Of a DNA stretch of 64,000 nt, positions 63,904 to 64,000 are shown piece by piece (position 1 is the first letter of the stretch; each line of letters starts with the position of its first letter). The notes beneath the pieces were generated by a model. That model did not search any database, was not told the DNA's origin, and saw only the letters and a program-made list of their open reading frames with translations. The stretch is from an uncultured Rikenellaceae bacterium (lineage in GTDB: Bacteria; Bacteroidota; Bacteroidia; Bacteroidales; VadinHA17), in contig CAYZVJ010000001.1 in the NCBI GenBank assembly GCA_964481765.1, positions 18,452 through 82,451 on the forward strand, given 5' to 3'. Made by a program: the position numbers and the translations under genes.

Positions 63904-64000
63904 ATTTCAGAAATCATGGATGCTGAATCGATGTAAAAGTATAAAAAAAAATGACGGTATTAAACCGGCTACCCGGTCAGGAAAGAACAATGCAGGATAA

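Noticed and set aside
1-64000. Searched by eye for CRISPR-like direct repeats, tRNA T-loop/acceptor patterns in intergenic gaps, rRNA, integrase/transposase/RT/phage-like proteins, toxin-antitoxin pairs and known defence-system signatures.
   Set aside because: None were found. All gaps over 90 nt were read, and none shows periodic repeats or tRNA-like structure. Every ORF over 130 aa outside shadow frames has a housekeeping, envelope or hydrolase reading. A computational scan (tRNAscan-SE, Infernal, PADLOC/DefenseFinder) would be needed to be definitive.

Overview
This is a 64-kb chromosomal segment that reads as a Bacteroidota (Bacteroidia-like) genome. The evidence for that is TAnnTTTG -7 boxes upstream of many genes, TonB-dependent receptor/DUF4249 pairing, DUF4292 and DUF4271 families, and lipobox-rich secreted proteins. 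About 55 tightly packed protein genes fill the window in long same-strand runs. Most are recognisable core functions: hemW, rpiB, nadA, ruvB, pheS, ybeY, mnmG, ade, uvrC, polyprenyl synthase, queD, polA, yidD/rnpA, hemD, deoC, dtd, PPi-type pfk, tldD/pmbA and kynU. I found no rRNA, tRNA, CRISPR array, integrase, transposase, reverse transcriptase or phage gene, and no obvious pseudogene, so this looks like ordinary chromosome rather than an accessory island. The right half (about 37-63 kb) is unusually dense in envelope-targeted hydrolases: a lipoprotein amidase, a secreted M14 peptidase, a TBDR/DUF4249 pair, an S9/DPP-IV-like peptidase, a WD40-caspase fusion, Tat-signal TldD plus PmbA, and a cytosolic-carboxypeptidase-like M14. 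I cannot point to an unambiguous new multi-gene system. The best candidates for follow-up are three. First, a signal-peptide-bearing 14xWD40 double propeller fused to a C-terminal caspase-like domain with an intact His/Cys dyad (49983-53249), sitting head-to-head with a Tat-signal TldD / signal-less PmbA pair. Second, a 1024-aa five-module ABC protein (helical N-domain, FHA-like domain, NBD, ABC-2 TMD with a ~195-aa helical insert before the last TM) together with an upstream orphan helical lipoprotein. Third, two small hydrophobic ORFs below the track cutoff (8479-8649 and 46601-46729). All family calls come from reading motifs by eye and none are database results.
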